In this document: positions 1-9,637 of the stretch, in pieces
Numbering within the stretch: the stretch's first letter is position 1
How the letters are laid out: every line of letters starts with the position of its first letter
Assembly: GCA_965248265.1 (NCBI GenBank)
Contig: CBDFJF010000002.1
Location: 2,080,001-2,144,000, forward strand
Length of the DNA stretch: 64,000 nucleotides
From: Candidatus Latescibacterota bacterium
Lineage (GTDB): Bacteria; Latescibacterota; UBA2968; UBA8231
Reading direction: 5' to 3'
The notes under the pieces: model-generated
Told to the model about the DNA's origin: nothing
The model's database searches: none
What the model saw: the letters and a program-made list of their open reading frames with translations, nothing else
Program-made: the position numbers and the translations under genes

Positions 1-1039
1 TACAAAGCTTCTGGTAAGGCTCCTCCAACGGCATGTCGATGGCGATTCCGGGGGCAAAGCCGCAGTCGGGGTTCAGGCTCAAGCGCTCCGGGGCAACGTA
101 CTCCAGTGCTTTCTGTGCCCGCGCGACGATCTCTTCAGTGGTGTCGATCTTCTCGAAGCGGCATTCGACGGCGCCGAGGCCGATGAGCTTGTCCTCGGGA
201 AGCTGCTGGAGAATGGCGATGTCACCGACGACGGGGATACTGAATTCCATTACGTACTGATCGACGTTGATCTTCTTCATGGTCTCGATGATCGGGTCGT
301 AGCCGCCCTCGGCGCCCCATCCCTTCCGACCCCAGTTGCGGCGGCACAAGTGAAGGGCCGTCTGCACATTGTCGATGCCGTCGACGAGCTGGTTGATCTT
401 GTCCGCGGCCAGGTCCATTTCGTACTGGGGATCGTCAAAGGAGTCCCGGTAGGAAGGGTCCACAAGGACGCACAAGTGAGGCTCATCTATCTGTACGATG
501 GTCACGCCCGTATCCTGCAGGGCCAACAGCTCATCGCGCAGGATCGGCACCAGAGCATCGATGAATTGGTCGCGTGTCGGGTAGGCCTTCGAGGAGACTT
601 CCTCTTCCCACAGACGCACACCGAGTAGATAGGGCGAGGGTATGCAGACCTTGGTCATGCGGTCGGTGGCCTCAACCAGGAAGCGGGCCTCCTCGGCGAT
701 GAGTCCTGGTTTCACCACCTCCATCGGTTCCGTGATCGAAATGCCCCACCGGTGCGGCTTTTCCCGCAGGTCAGCGGCATAGCCGGTAGCGATGTCGGCG
801 ACGATGTGGGTATAGGCGTGCCGGCGCCATTCGCCATCACTGACGACATCAAGGCCGGCCAACTCCTGCATGGCGATGGCGTAGCGGACGGCGGCGTCCA
901 TCTGCGGCGAGCGCGCCGCCTCCGCCGATTCAGGGCCAGGCGTCTGCGGCAGCATGTCCGTGACCATCAGGGGTCTGGGAAGGCTGCCGACAACGCTGGA
1001 AGCGAACATGGTTTTGGCGAATCGCCGCGATATTGTCAT
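1..1039 (-). CDS. Cobalamin-independent methionine synthase II-family (MetE-like catalytic core) protein, 3' end off window
   Basis: Manual translation (absent from ORF track): MTISRRFAKTMFASSVVGSLPRP...QELAGLDVVSDGEWRR...IVQIDEP...ALHLCRRN...MEF...LNPDCGF. Zn ligands HxC/E/C are present and GGAGAA lies upstream of the ATG at 1039. Confidence 0.9.
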   Translation of the reverse strand, partial: MTISRRFAKTMFASSVVGSLPRPLMVTDMLPQTPGPESAEAARSPQMDAAVRYAIAMQELAGLDVVSDGEWRRHAYTHIVADIATGYAADLREKPHRWGISITEPMEVVKPGLIAEEARFLVEATDRMTKVCIPSPYLLGVRLWEEEVSSKAYPTRDQFIDALVPILRDELLALQDTGVTIVQIDEPHLCVLVDPSYRDSFDDPQYEMDLAADKINQLVDGIDNVQTALHLCRRNWGRKGWGAEGGYDPIIETMKKINVDQYVMEFSIPVVGDIAILQQLPEDKLIGLGAVECRFEKIDTTEEIVARAQKALEYVAPERLSLNPDCGFAPGIAIDMPLEEPYQKLC

Positions 1040-1061
1040 TTCGTATTCTCCATTTCTTCCT

Positions 1062-1736
1062 TTACTCGAACAGGAACGACTCGAAAAAAGAAAGCTGATG
1101 AAAGCTCGGTTTGGGTGTGTCGACCGGGGCCCATGACCCCCAATGCGGGTGCGAAGTGAGGTCGCCGCACTTATAGACATTTCCCTTCCAAGTGGTTCCG
1201 GAGACCGGTTTCTCACAGTCAAAGTAGGAAACGAAGAGGGCGAGGGGGACGTGGTACTCGAGGGTCCAGGTGGTAGGGTCGGTGATCTCGGGTTCAACGA
1301 TCTGCGGCATCGAATGAGCGACTATGATGGTGGCGCCGTCGGCCTCGCTGACATCGACGTCTTCTTTTCCCGCCTGACGTTCCTCTGGCGAGGGAACACG
1401 CATCAGGAGCATCGTGCCGCCGCAGTTGAGTTCGAAGTTGAAAAACGCCTGTGAACCGGGAACGGGAGAGACGAAAAACTCGACGCAACTGTCACTGCAG
1501 ACACTGTCCTGAAATTTGCGCGCCACCGCGCGCACGTACTGGTCTTCAACGCGGAAGCTGACTCCGAGAAACTCATCGTCGTAGACGAAACGAGCCTGCG
1601 TAACCGGCCGATGGCCTGAGTCGGACCACGAAAAGTTGGTGACCTCAAGGGTTTCCGCCTGTTGCCACACGGGGCTGTCCCAGTCGGCGGTCGGTGATCC
1701 CAGTGGCTGGAGCGCTCTGGCTATCGTGTACTGCAT
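1062..1736 (-). CDS. Carbohydrate-binding family 9-like (CBM9/DOMON-like) protein
   Basis: Motifs 'FRVEDQYVRA...VCSDSCVEFF...FNFELNCGG...WKGNVYKCGD..SHPHWGSW....PSFH'. GGAG RBS upstream. Confidence 0.85.
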   Translation of the reverse strand: MQYTIARALQPLGSPTADWDSPVWQQAETLEVTNFSWSDSGHRPVTQARFVYDDEFLGVSFRVEDQYVRAVARKFQDSVCSDSCVEFFVSPVPGSQAFFNFELNCGGTMLLMRVPSPEERQAGKEDVDVSEADGATIIVAHSMPQIVEPEITDPTTWTLEYHVPLALFVSYFDCEKPVSGTTWKGNVYKCGDLTSHPHWGSWAPVDTPKPSFHQLSFFESFLFE

Positions 1737-1941
1737 CGGTGATGCTCCTATGTCAATGAGGGATTCCTTTGAGATGCGAGCATGGAGCGGGGCAAGCGAT
1801 AGGGAATAGGCACCTTCAGTGTGTGTCGGTCAAGGGCGCTGGGGTCCGTCAATCCTTGACTGGGCAAGCGAAAACACGTCTTTATCGCCCAGGCACGGAG
1901 GCCAGAACCACTCAGATCTGAAACCACCGGAGACCGATCGC

Positions 1942-2952
1942 ATGGTCAGTGAGAAGATCAACGCATTCCACGACAACGCCCTTGTCATCGATTCCCACAA
2001 CGACACCATCGTCACTCACATGAGGGCCAGGCTAAACCTTGACGGGGGTCCGGTCCGACAGGATGGGGCAGCCATCGTGACACGTTTCGGTCGTTACAGC
2101 GGGGCCGCCCTGCAGCTCGATTTCCCCAAGATGAGGCAATCCGGAATAAACGCGGCTTTCTTCGCCGTCGACGTGACCGGTGCCAAGGGGACCCACCTGC
2201 AGTACGCCCTGGATGGGCTCGGCTTCTTCTTGCGGGAGGCAGCTTTGTCGACGGAGGATATCGTCATCGTTCGTTGTGCCGCTGACATCACCCGCGCGCA
2301 GGCAGAAGACAGGCTGGCGGCGGTGTTGGCGATCGAGAACACGGACGGCTTGGATCAGAGTATCTACCCCCTGTCCGCTTTTTACGAGTTAGGTGTGCGT
2401 ACGCTGACGGTCACACACAGCACGCGATCGTGGGCGGCGGACGGATGTGAGGTCGAGAATGGTGGTGGGCTTACCGGTTTTGGCAAGAGCGTGATTGCAG
2501 AGATGAACCGGCTGGGCATGCTGGTGGATGTATCGCATCTCAACGACCGCGGGTTCTGGGACATCCTCGAACACTCAACCGCTCCGGTGATGGCGACACA
2601 CAGCTGCTGCCGGGCGCTGTGCGGCCATGTGCGCAATCTAACGGATGAGCAACTCGTGGAGTTGGCCGGATCGGGCGGTGTGGTGGCCCTTACGTTTGTG
2701 CCCGAGTTCATCCATGACTCGGCTCCGACCATCGACGGGTTGATCGATCACATCGAGCACGCGATCCAACACGCCGGGATAGACCACGTGGCGCTGGGCT
2801 CGGATTTCGATGGAGGCGGCACCCTGGTCGAGGATGCTCTCGTTTACCCGCAGATCACCGAGCTGCTCTCGCAACGCGGACTCTCTGACGGCGATCTGGC
2901 CAAGGTACTGGGTGCCAATCACCTGCGCATCCTGACTCAGGTAATCGGCTGA
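1942..2952 (+). CDS. Membrane dipeptidase (peptidase M19 / renal dipeptidase family)
   Basis: IDSHND, LAIEN, EMNRLGMLVDVSH, ATHS, RNLTDEQ and ALGSDFDG motifs. Start moved to ATG 1942, which follows GGAG. Confidence 0.92.
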   Translation: MVSEKINAFHDNALVIDSHNDTIVTHMRARLNLDGGPVRQDGAAIVTRFGRYSGAALQLDFPKMRQSGINAAFFAVDVTGAKGTHLQYALDGLGFFLREAALSTEDIVIVRCAADITRAQAEDRLAAVLAIENTDGLDQSIYPLSAFYELGVRTLTVTHSTRSWAADGCEVENGGGLTGFGKSVIAEMNRLGMLVDVSHLNDRGFWDILEHSTAPVMATHSCCRALCGHVRNLTDEQLVELAGSGGVVALTFVPEFIHDSAPTIDGLIDHIEHAIQHAGIDHVALGSDFDGGGTLVEDALVYPQITELLSQRGLSDGDLAKVLGANHLRILTQVIG

Positions 2953-2970
2953 CCCGAACGGAGGCGAGAC

Positions 2971-3933
2971 TTGGCCAACGATGACAAGTGGACGTTCCTG
3001 CACGTCAACGACAGCCATATGGGCACCCCGCGCTCGTATCGCTATCGCCCGGCGGTCAATCGGCGCTGGGCCGCGATCAAGCGGCAGATGACTGCCATCG
3101 ACGCGGACTTGCTGTTGCATGGAGGCGATCTGACTCGCGACGGCGATACTCACGAGTACGAATACCAGATGGCTCGGGATGACCTCGACACCTTGCCGTT
3201 TCCGAGTTTCGTCATCCCCGGAAACATGGATGTAGGCAACAAGAGAGTGAGTACAGCGGGGCCGATGGAAGACCGTGACCATCGCGATATCGGATTGAAT
3301 ACACCGCGGCTTAACTTGTTTTCCTCTTATTTCGGACCCATCAACTGGACCTTCATGCATCGTCATGTGCGTTTCACCGGCATGCACGCCGCCGTCGCCG
3401 GCAGTGGACTACCGCATGAGGAGCGCATGTGGCGAATGCTGGAGAGACTGCCTGAGCTGCCCAAGGCGCGTCACCACGTGGCGGTCATGCACTACTGGCC
3501 ATTCATGGAACACGCGGATGAACCGGCCTGGGACATGACGAAGGAGGATGAGTATATCAACTGGTATTTCAGCATCGATCCGCCCCATCGGCAACGTTTG
3601 CTGGGCCTTTTCAGGGCCGCTGGCGTGGAGATCCTGTTCTGCGGTCACGTGCACACGGGTCGCCCGGTCCAGGTCGTGGACGGGTTGCGGCTGTATCGCA
3701 CTTCGGCCGGCGGCAACACGTCGCAGTTGCAGGAGCGCTGGCCGGATGCGGAAACGCGGCAGGGTTTTCACCGCTGCGATGTCAGCGCCACAGGAATCGA
3801 AGTCACCTATGTTCCCGGCGATGATCAGTGCGACGAGTTCGACGCCTACGGCCCGATGGGGCACCCTCGGGTCGAGGACCGGGACTACTCCGTGGCTCCG
3901 GAGCAGCCCCCGCTACAGCCGGATCCACATTAG
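2971..3933 (+). CDS. Calcineurin-like metallophosphoesterase
   Basis: DSH, HGGDL, PGNMD, MHY and CGHVH motifs. TTG start follows GGAGG. Confidence 0.85.
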   Translation: MANDDKWTFLHVNDSHMGTPRSYRYRPAVNRRWAAIKRQMTAIDADLLLHGGDLTRDGDTHEYEYQMARDDLDTLPFPSFVIPGNMDVGNKRVSTAGPMEDRDHRDIGLNTPRLNLFSSYFGPINWTFMHRHVRFTGMHAAVAGSGLPHEERMWRMLERLPELPKARHHVAVMHYWPFMEHADEPAWDMTKEDEYINWYFSIDPPHRQRLLGLFRAAGVEILFCGHVHTGRPVQVVDGLRLYRTSAGGNTSQLQERWPDAETRQGFHRCDVSATGIEVTYVPGDDQCDEFDAYGPMGHPRVEDRDYSVAPEQPPLQPDPH

Positions 3934-3950
3934 CAAGGAACGCACACACT

Positions 3951-4946
3951 ATGACCAAGGCCACCATCGACTATCGCGAACACGATCAGCAGATCTGGGA
4001 AGAGGAGCTGGAGGAGTTCGTCCCCGACCGAGTCTTCGATGCTCACTGTCACCTGTTCCAGAGGGCTGACTTTCGCGAGCTGAGCGTATTTGCCAAGGGT
4101 CGCAAGGATGCCGACGTGGCCACGCTCAGGGAGTGGGGGAAGGTCCTGTACCCCGGTCGCACTCACAGCTTCCTCCTGCTGGGAACACCGATCGTCGGTA
4201 TCGATGTCGACGCCCACGTCCGCACGGTTACGGCAGAGCTGAAGGACGAGCCCGACATCCGTCATTTTCGCGTCGTGACCCCAGACTGCCAGCTCGACAA
4301 GATCGAGCAGGATCTGAAGACACCCGGTTTCGTAGGATTGAAACCTTATCGCACGTTTTCGACGACCGGCGACATCGCCCAGTGCCGGATCCACGATTTT
4401 CTGCTGCACGAACAGATGGAGTTGGCCAACGACAAGGGACTGTGGGTGACCATGCACCTGTCGAAGCATCATGGCTGTGCCGACGAGGAGAACTTGGCGG
4501 ATCTGGAGGAGTTCACGAACAGGCGCTATCCGAACATCAAATGGATTCTCGCACACTGCGCGCGCAGCTTTACGTACTGGCCCATACGACAGGCGATCGA
4601 GCGCCTGCGGGACATGCCCAACATCCACTATGATCTGTCGGCAGTGACTGACATGAGACCGCATTTGACCTTATTCAGCAAGGAGAACACGAGCCGCTTG
4701 TTTTACGGGTCGGACGCGGTGGCCGCGGCGTATTTTCACGGTCAGTACCCGGCGCTGGGGCGGGCCTGGCAGTACCTGCAAACAGACAAAAGCGACATCC
4801 AATTCCCGCATTGCGATGGCAGGCCGATTCTGAGTGTCTACGAGCAGCTGCTGTCGATGAAACACGCGGCCGAAATCGCCGGTCTGTCGCAGGAGCAGAT
4901 CGAGGGAATTTTCTGGAATAATGCGATAACTGCGTTGGGTATCTGA
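3951..4946 (+). CDS. Amidohydrolase family (Amidohydro_2-like) metal-dependent hydrolase
   Basis: FDAHCH, GLKPY, ILAHCA, LFYGSD and FWNNA motifs. Start at ATG 3951 follows AAGGA. Confidence 0.85.
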   Translation: MTKATIDYREHDQQIWEEELEEFVPDRVFDAHCHLFQRADFRELSVFAKGRKDADVATLREWGKVLYPGRTHSFLLLGTPIVGIDVDAHVRTVTAELKDEPDIRHFRVVTPDCQLDKIEQDLKTPGFVGLKPYRTFSTTGDIAQCRIHDFLLHEQMELANDKGLWVTMHLSKHHGCADEENLADLEEFTNRRYPNIKWILAHCARSFTYWPIRQAIERLRDMPNIHYDLSAVTDMRPHLTLFSKENTSRLFYGSDAVAAAYFHGQYPALGRAWQYLQTDKSDIQFPHCDGRPILSVYEQLLSMKHAAEIAGLSQEQIEGIFWNNAITALGI

Positions 4947-4972
4947 ACCTTACTGAGTGGAGAGACAAGACG

Positions 4973-5635
4973 ATGAGTGACTACAAGCTCCGGCTGATCG
5001 AAGACAATCTGGCCGCGGGAGGTCAGATTTCGCTGCCCGGGTTAGCCGGTTACCGAGTCATCTATGCGGCGCGTGGCAGCGTGGCAATCGAGACCGGGAG
5101 TAGGGCTGAGACTCTGGCCGAGAACAGCGCCCGTTTCGACGCATCTGCATGCTCGGCGCAATCCGACGATTCGTCGACGCTGTGGAGGTGGGAGTTGGTG
5201 AAGCGATCGGAGGACGACTGGCCCGGCGATTCGCAGTCCAACCTCAAGGCCTCCCACGAACTGGAGCTCGATCCGCCACAGGGGGAATTCATGATGCGCT
5301 GCGACCGGGTCGATTTTCCGCTGGGTGGGATCGCCTACACGCACATCCACTCGGGTCCCGGGCTGCGATGCCTGTTGCGTGGGGAACTCAGCGTTGTGTT
5401 CAATGAAGGGGAAGAGGAGACTCTGGTGGAGCCGGGAGGCACCTGGTTCGAACGGGGTCCGGATCCCATCTATGCCCAAGCCTCGGAGACCGACCTAACC
5501 AGCTTCGTGCGCAGCATGGTGTTGCCGCGTGAATACAAGGGCCGGACGTCGATTACCTACGTCAAGGACGAAGACGCTGATAAGCCTAAGCCGCAGGAAT
5601 ACACGCGCTTCGTGGATGAATTTGTAGACTTGTGA
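4973..5635 (+). CDS. Cupin-domain protein
   Basis: C-terminal cupin motif 'YTHIHSGPGLRCLLRGEL...PGGTWFERGPDP'. Confidence 0.75.
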   Translation: MSDYKLRLIEDNLAAGGQISLPGLAGYRVIYAARGSVAIETGSRAETLAENSARFDASACSAQSDDSSTLWRWELVKRSEDDWPGDSQSNLKASHELELDPPQGEFMMRCDRVDFPLGGIAYTHIHSGPGLRCLLRGELSVVFNEGEEETLVEPGGTWFERGPDPIYAQASETDLTSFVRSMVLPREYKGRTSITYVKDEDADKPKPQEYTRFVDEFVDL

Positions 5636-5668
5636 TGCCGGCGCTTCGTCACCGGCATCACAAGTCTA
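5625..5668. terminator. 17-bp perfect inverted repeat between convergent genes; probable bidirectional terminator
   Basis: TAGACTTGTGATGCCGG-N10-CCGGCATCACAAGTCTA. It overlaps the cupin stop codon and ends 3 nt before the tautomerase stop. Confidence 0.7.
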
Positions 5669-5671
5669 ACG

Positions 5672-5857
5672 TTACTTATCGGCCGCCAGTGTGCCTCCCA
5701 CGGCCCAGTTCTCCTTGTCCACATCCTCGATGACGACATAGACGAATTCCGGTTTGGCGTTGCAGATTGATGCGACCGAGTCGGTGATCGATTTTGCCAG
5801 CTCTCGCTTCTGCTCGGTCGAACGACCTGACAGCATTTTGACCTCTACGTATGGCAT
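5672..5857 (-). CDS. 4-oxalocrotonate tautomerase family protein
   Basis: 61 aa MPYVEVKMLSGRSTEQKRELAKSIT...VVIEDVDKENWAVGG with catalytic Pro1 after Met removal. AGGAGG RBS. Confidence 0.93.
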   Translation of the reverse strand: MPYVEVKMLSGRSTEQKRELAKSITDSVASICNAKPEFVYVVIEDVDKENWAVGGTLAADK

Positions 5858-6058
5858 TGTGGCCTCCTGCGTAGGTGTTGGTTGGGTTTTTCGTTTGCAA
5901 CGACGCTTATCGTACGCGCAAACGCCCTGCGTCGGCAAGTTCCCTCGCAACGGCCAATGATAGGACAACGACCCTCAGGTGATGGACGGCATATGCTGGA
6001 AGCACGAATCCGCATATGTTCATGTGTTCAGCGCGGTTGAATAGGGGAGAATATTTGA

Positions 6059-6916
6059 ATGGTTGATATCAGCTACAGCACATCTGGATTCTCTGATCGC
6101 GATTTCGAGAGTGCCCTCGACGGCGTTGCCGCTGCCGGGTTCTCGAACGTTGAGATCCTGGGGATGGCACCCCATCTAGACGCCCCCCCTGAAGGTCAGG
6201 AACTGGAATCATTCAAGACGCGCCTGGGCGACCGCGGGATCACCGGGTGCACGGTGCATGCACCGATGAGAGAGAATGTTCTCGGTGCCCCGGACGAGGC
6301 CTGGAGAGTCGAAAAGGTCGGCGTCCTCACCACCTACCTGCGCTTCGCCGGAGCGATCAGCGCTCGCGGTCTGATCATCCATCCGGTGCCCAATCCGATC
6401 TTCGTCGACGAACCGAGGCGACCGGAGTTGCCTCTGATCATGGCCGACGCGGCGCGGCGATCCCTCGACGACCTGGTGCCAGTAGCTCAAGAGGCCGGTG
6501 CGCGCATGCTTCTGGAGAATCTCCCTTACGCCAGGCAGTACGACTGCCAGTACCCACTGTTGAAGATGGATGAACTGCGAAGCCTGGTGGACGATTACCC
6601 GGAAGAGGCTCTCGGTTTGGTCGTCGACACCGGTCACGCCTGGACCTCCCTAATCGAGCCTGCCAGTGAGATCAGGACCGCCGGCTCCCGCCTGGGTGGC
6701 ACTCATCTGCAGGATGTCGACTACGACGATCCCCAGGACAATCACTGGGCGCCGACCCACGGCGGTCTGGATTGGGCAGCCATCCGTGGCGCACTGGGCG
6801 AGGTGGGGTACGATGGCCACTGGACCTACGAGGTGATAAAACCGCGGCATGACGAAACGCCCGAGGCCCTGGCCACAGCGACCAGAGAGGCCGTGGACGG
6901 CTGGGGACTTGAGTAG
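6059..6916 (+). CDS. Sugar phosphate isomerase/epimerase (xylose isomerase-like TIM barrel)
   Basis: MLLENL, VVDTGHA, THLQD, HWAPTHGGLDW and GYDG..TYE motifs. Confidence 0.85.
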   Translation: MVDISYSTSGFSDRDFESALDGVAAAGFSNVEILGMAPHLDAPPEGQELESFKTRLGDRGITGCTVHAPMRENVLGAPDEAWRVEKVGVLTTYLRFAGAISARGLIIHPVPNPIFVDEPRRPELPLIMADAARRSLDDLVPVAQEAGARMLLENLPYARQYDCQYPLLKMDELRSLVDDYPEEALGLVVDTGHAWTSLIEPASEIRTAGSRLGGTHLQDVDYDDPQDNHWAPTHGGLDWAAIRGALGEVGYDGHWTYEVIKPRHDETPEALATATREAVDGWGLE

Positions 6917-6929
6917 GACGATCGGTTGA

Positions 6930-6996
6930 CAATCGGAGAAACCATGATTGAGGGCCTGCAGGCGAAACAATTGGAGAAATCATGATTGAGGGCCTG
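6930..6996 (+). repeat. Direct duplication (29-nt unit, 38-nt period) of the RBS and first codons of the downstream gene
   Basis: CAATCGGAGAAACCATGATTGAGGGCCTG at 6930-6958 versus CAATTGGAGAAATCATGATTGAGGGCCTG at 6968-6996. Confidence 0.9.
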
Positions 6997-7599
6997 GAGA
7001 AAAAAGGGACGGTCAGGTGGTCGGGTGAGCACTGGATCAGTTATCTGCGCAGACCGGGTGAAGACGCCAACACCGGCATGGTCAGTCTCTACAACATGCG
7101 CTACACCGAAGCCGGCCACGGTTTCGTCGCGTTCGTGGTCATCCACGAAGGCGGGGGTGACGGGTCCAAGGACAATAGCTTCAAGGGATTGTGCACGACC
7201 AATCGAGCAGTCGCCGATTTCATGGTCAAGGAGGCCACTCGCCACGCAAGTCATCCGCCCTACGATGAAGTGTTGCCCGTCATAGATGCCACCTTCACCC
7301 AGGGCGGGCACGTGGCCCGCGACCCGTCGTGGACGATCTCCACGGGAGAGCACGAGATCGTGGCGACGTGGAGCCAGATTCAACCCGTCATCATCGCCGC
7401 CGGCCCCTGGCCAGCTGCTCCCTGCAACTACGTCCACTCGCTCCTACACTTCACCGATGAATCATCCATCCAACTGGATAGCCGTGCGATCGAGGGCAAG
7501 CCCTATTCGCGCGATATCTGGAGGCCGACGATCGGTGGCGATCGCAGCTCCTGCGTTTTCGCCATCTCCGAGAGTCTGATGACGGTTGAGTCACCGTGA
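6982..7599 (+). CDS. Hypothetical protein (beta-rich)
   Basis: 205-aa ORF with RBS and a GTGA overlap to the next gene. No family recognised. Confidence 0.7.
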   Translation: MIEGLEKKGTVRWSGEHWISYLRRPGEDANTGMVSLYNMRYTEAGHGFVAFVVIHEGGGDGSKDNSFKGLCTTNRAVADFMVKEATRHASHPPYDEVLPVIDATFTQGGHVARDPSWTISTGEHEIVATWSQIQPVIIAAGPWPAAPCNYVHSLLHFTDESSIQLDSRAIEGKPYSRDIWRPTIGGDRSSCVFAISESLMTVESP

Positions 7600-9503
7600 C
7601 AACTACCATCCAGGCACTGAATCTGCAGGCTCCCCCTCCATGGGCACTGATGCAGCGGGAGCTGATCCGTTTCATGGAGGAGGCCACGGAGTACGCGACG
7701 CAGAAATACGACAGACCGGATGGAGTGCCGCTCAATGTCCAGGATGCCGATGACGCCTACGAGGCCCACTCCTATCGAGGCCTGTTCTACGCCATCGGCG
7801 GCAGTGATCGAATCGGCGAACTGGCTTTTTCCCAGTGGAATGGGGTCACCCGTCTGTACGACGACGGCGCCGAAGCTCCGTACGGTGCGGGCGATCATCC
7901 CAAGCACACTGCCGAACTGCACAACGAGTACTACAAGCACGACGACTGGTTCCACATGGGGGAGGGCAACCAGTCCTTCTACAGTCTGGGCCTCGTTGAT
8001 CCGAGTCGACAGGATACCATCGATCGTGCCCGCCGGTTCGCGGATCTGTACTTGGGTGATAATCCGGAAACACCAAACTACGACGTCAATCACAGAGTGA
8101 TCAGATCCCCTTTTCATGGCAGTGCGGGGCCGGAATTCCACCGGGGCGTCGAATTCGTGAAGACGGCGCTGGATCCCATCTACTATCCGGGTGGAGTCGC
8201 TCGCGGCCATGCCCAGAGGTCGAGCCTGCATCCGCTGATTGCGGACCTGGAGGACACCTGGTTTGAGGACGAGAATCGCAGGGAGGAGGTCTGCGGCCTC
8301 TTCGACGAGGTCGTCCTGCACGCCGATATCCCCGACAACCTGTCTTGCACGGCGCTGATGACGAATGCCTACCTCCACACCGGAGAGGACAAGTACCGGC
8401 AGTGGGTGCTCGACTACACTGAGGCCTGGTTGGAGCGCACGCGCGCCAACGGTGGCATCATTCCCGACAACGTCGGTCCGAGCGGCGTCACCGGAGAACG
8501 CCGCAATGGCCAGTGGTGGGGCGGATGGTACGGCTGGAACAGCCGCAACTCGGCGCGAAACGCCTTTCTGGCCTCCACCATCGCGTCCGAGTGCTGCGTC
8601 CTGCTCACGGGCGATTTCGGCTATCTGGAATTGATTCGCTCGCAGATCGAGTTGTTGTTGCGCATGGCCAAGACCCGTGAAGATGGCCAGTTGCTCGTGC
8701 CTACCCGCGTGATGCCGGGAGATGAGTGGGTCGACTACCAACCGATGCATCTGCAGTGGCTCGGCCGGCTCTACCACACCTCCATGGATCAGCGTGACCG
8801 CGATTTGATTCTGCAGGTGCGCGATGGAGAACGGGACAGCGATTGGAACGCACTGGACATCGCCGCCGATCGCAGTGGCGGAAACCTGGAAGCTCGTTTC
8901 CAGTACTACGAAGGCGACTATCCCGAGTGGCCGCTCGAGCGGCTGCAGTCGGAGTACAAATACGTTTCCGCCATGTTCGAGAGCATGCGTCTGGACGATC
9001 GCGACGAGGCCACCATCATCGAAGAGAGCCGATGGCCACCCAATCCGGTGGTCGTGAAGGGGCTGACCCAGGTGACGATGGGCTCACCGCAACCGGTTTA
9101 TAATGGTGGACTGCTTCGAGGGCAGGTGCGCTATTTCGACGCCGAACGCCGACGTCCCGGATTACCCGAGGACGTGGCCGCGCTCGTGAATGAAGTTGCC
9201 GCCGAAGGTGTCGGCATCGAGCTGGTTAACCTGAACCCCTCACAGCTAAGGATGGTAACCGTTCAGGCAGGGGCCTACGGTGAGCACGAGTTCACCGAGG
9301 TCAAGCACGAGGTGGAAAGCCGCGACGGACTGGAGCGTCATGCCGGACTCTGGTTGAATAGCGAGCGTTCGTGGTCGCAACAGACAGTCCCGGTCGGGGG
9401 CCGTCATTTCACCATCACGTTGCCCCCATCGACGAGCATCCGGTTGCGATGTGGTATGCGGCGCTTCCAAAACCGGCCGACCTACGCTTTGCCATGGGGA
9501 TGA
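7596..9503 (+). CDS. Hypothetical protein, possibly an alpha/alpha-toroid enzyme
   Basis: 635-aa ORF with coding-like composition and Trp/Gly-rich motifs (DWFHMGEG, IPDNVG, WWGGWYGW). The fold is a guess. Confidence 0.7.
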   Translation: MTTTIQALNLQAPPPWALMQRELIRFMEEATEYATQKYDRPDGVPLNVQDADDAYEAHSYRGLFYAIGGSDRIGELAFSQWNGVTRLYDDGAEAPYGAGDHPKHTAELHNEYYKHDDWFHMGEGNQSFYSLGLVDPSRQDTIDRARRFADLYLGDNPETPNYDVNHRVIRSPFHGSAGPEFHRGVEFVKTALDPIYYPGGVARGHAQRSSLHPLIADLEDTWFEDENRREEVCGLFDEVVLHADIPDNLSCTALMTNAYLHTGEDKYRQWVLDYTEAWLERTRANGGIIPDNVGPSGVTGERRNGQWWGGWYGWNSRNSARNAFLASTIASECCVLLTGDFGYLELIRSQIELLLRMAKTREDGQLLVPTRVMPGDEWVDYQPMHLQWLGRLYHTSMDQRDRDLILQVRDGERDSDWNALDIAADRSGGNLEARFQYYEGDYPEWPLERLQSEYKYVSAMFESMRLDDRDEATIIEESRWPPNPVVVKGLTQVTMGSPQPVYNGGLLRGQVRYFDAERRRPGLPEDVAALVNEVAAEGVGIELVNLNPSQLRMVTVQAGAYGEHEFTEVKHEVESRDGLERHAGLWLNSERSWSQQTVPVGGRHFTITLPPSTSIRLRCGMRRFQNRPTYALPWG

Positions 9504-9637
9504 GTACCCGATCGCATCCCTGACGTGACTGAGGGCGAAAAGTTCACTCTCAGGTATTATGTGCTTTCTTGGCCGTGCGTTAGGGGTCGTCCGTTGACCC
9601 CGACGCCGGTATTTTCACGAACGAAGAGAGCTATGTC

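Noticed and set aside
9529-9602. Two small hairpins upstream of the 9638 PpiC gene as a riboswitch or ncRNA
   Set aside because: The stems are short and imperfect with no recognisable aptamer consensus. An Rfam/Infernal search would be needed.
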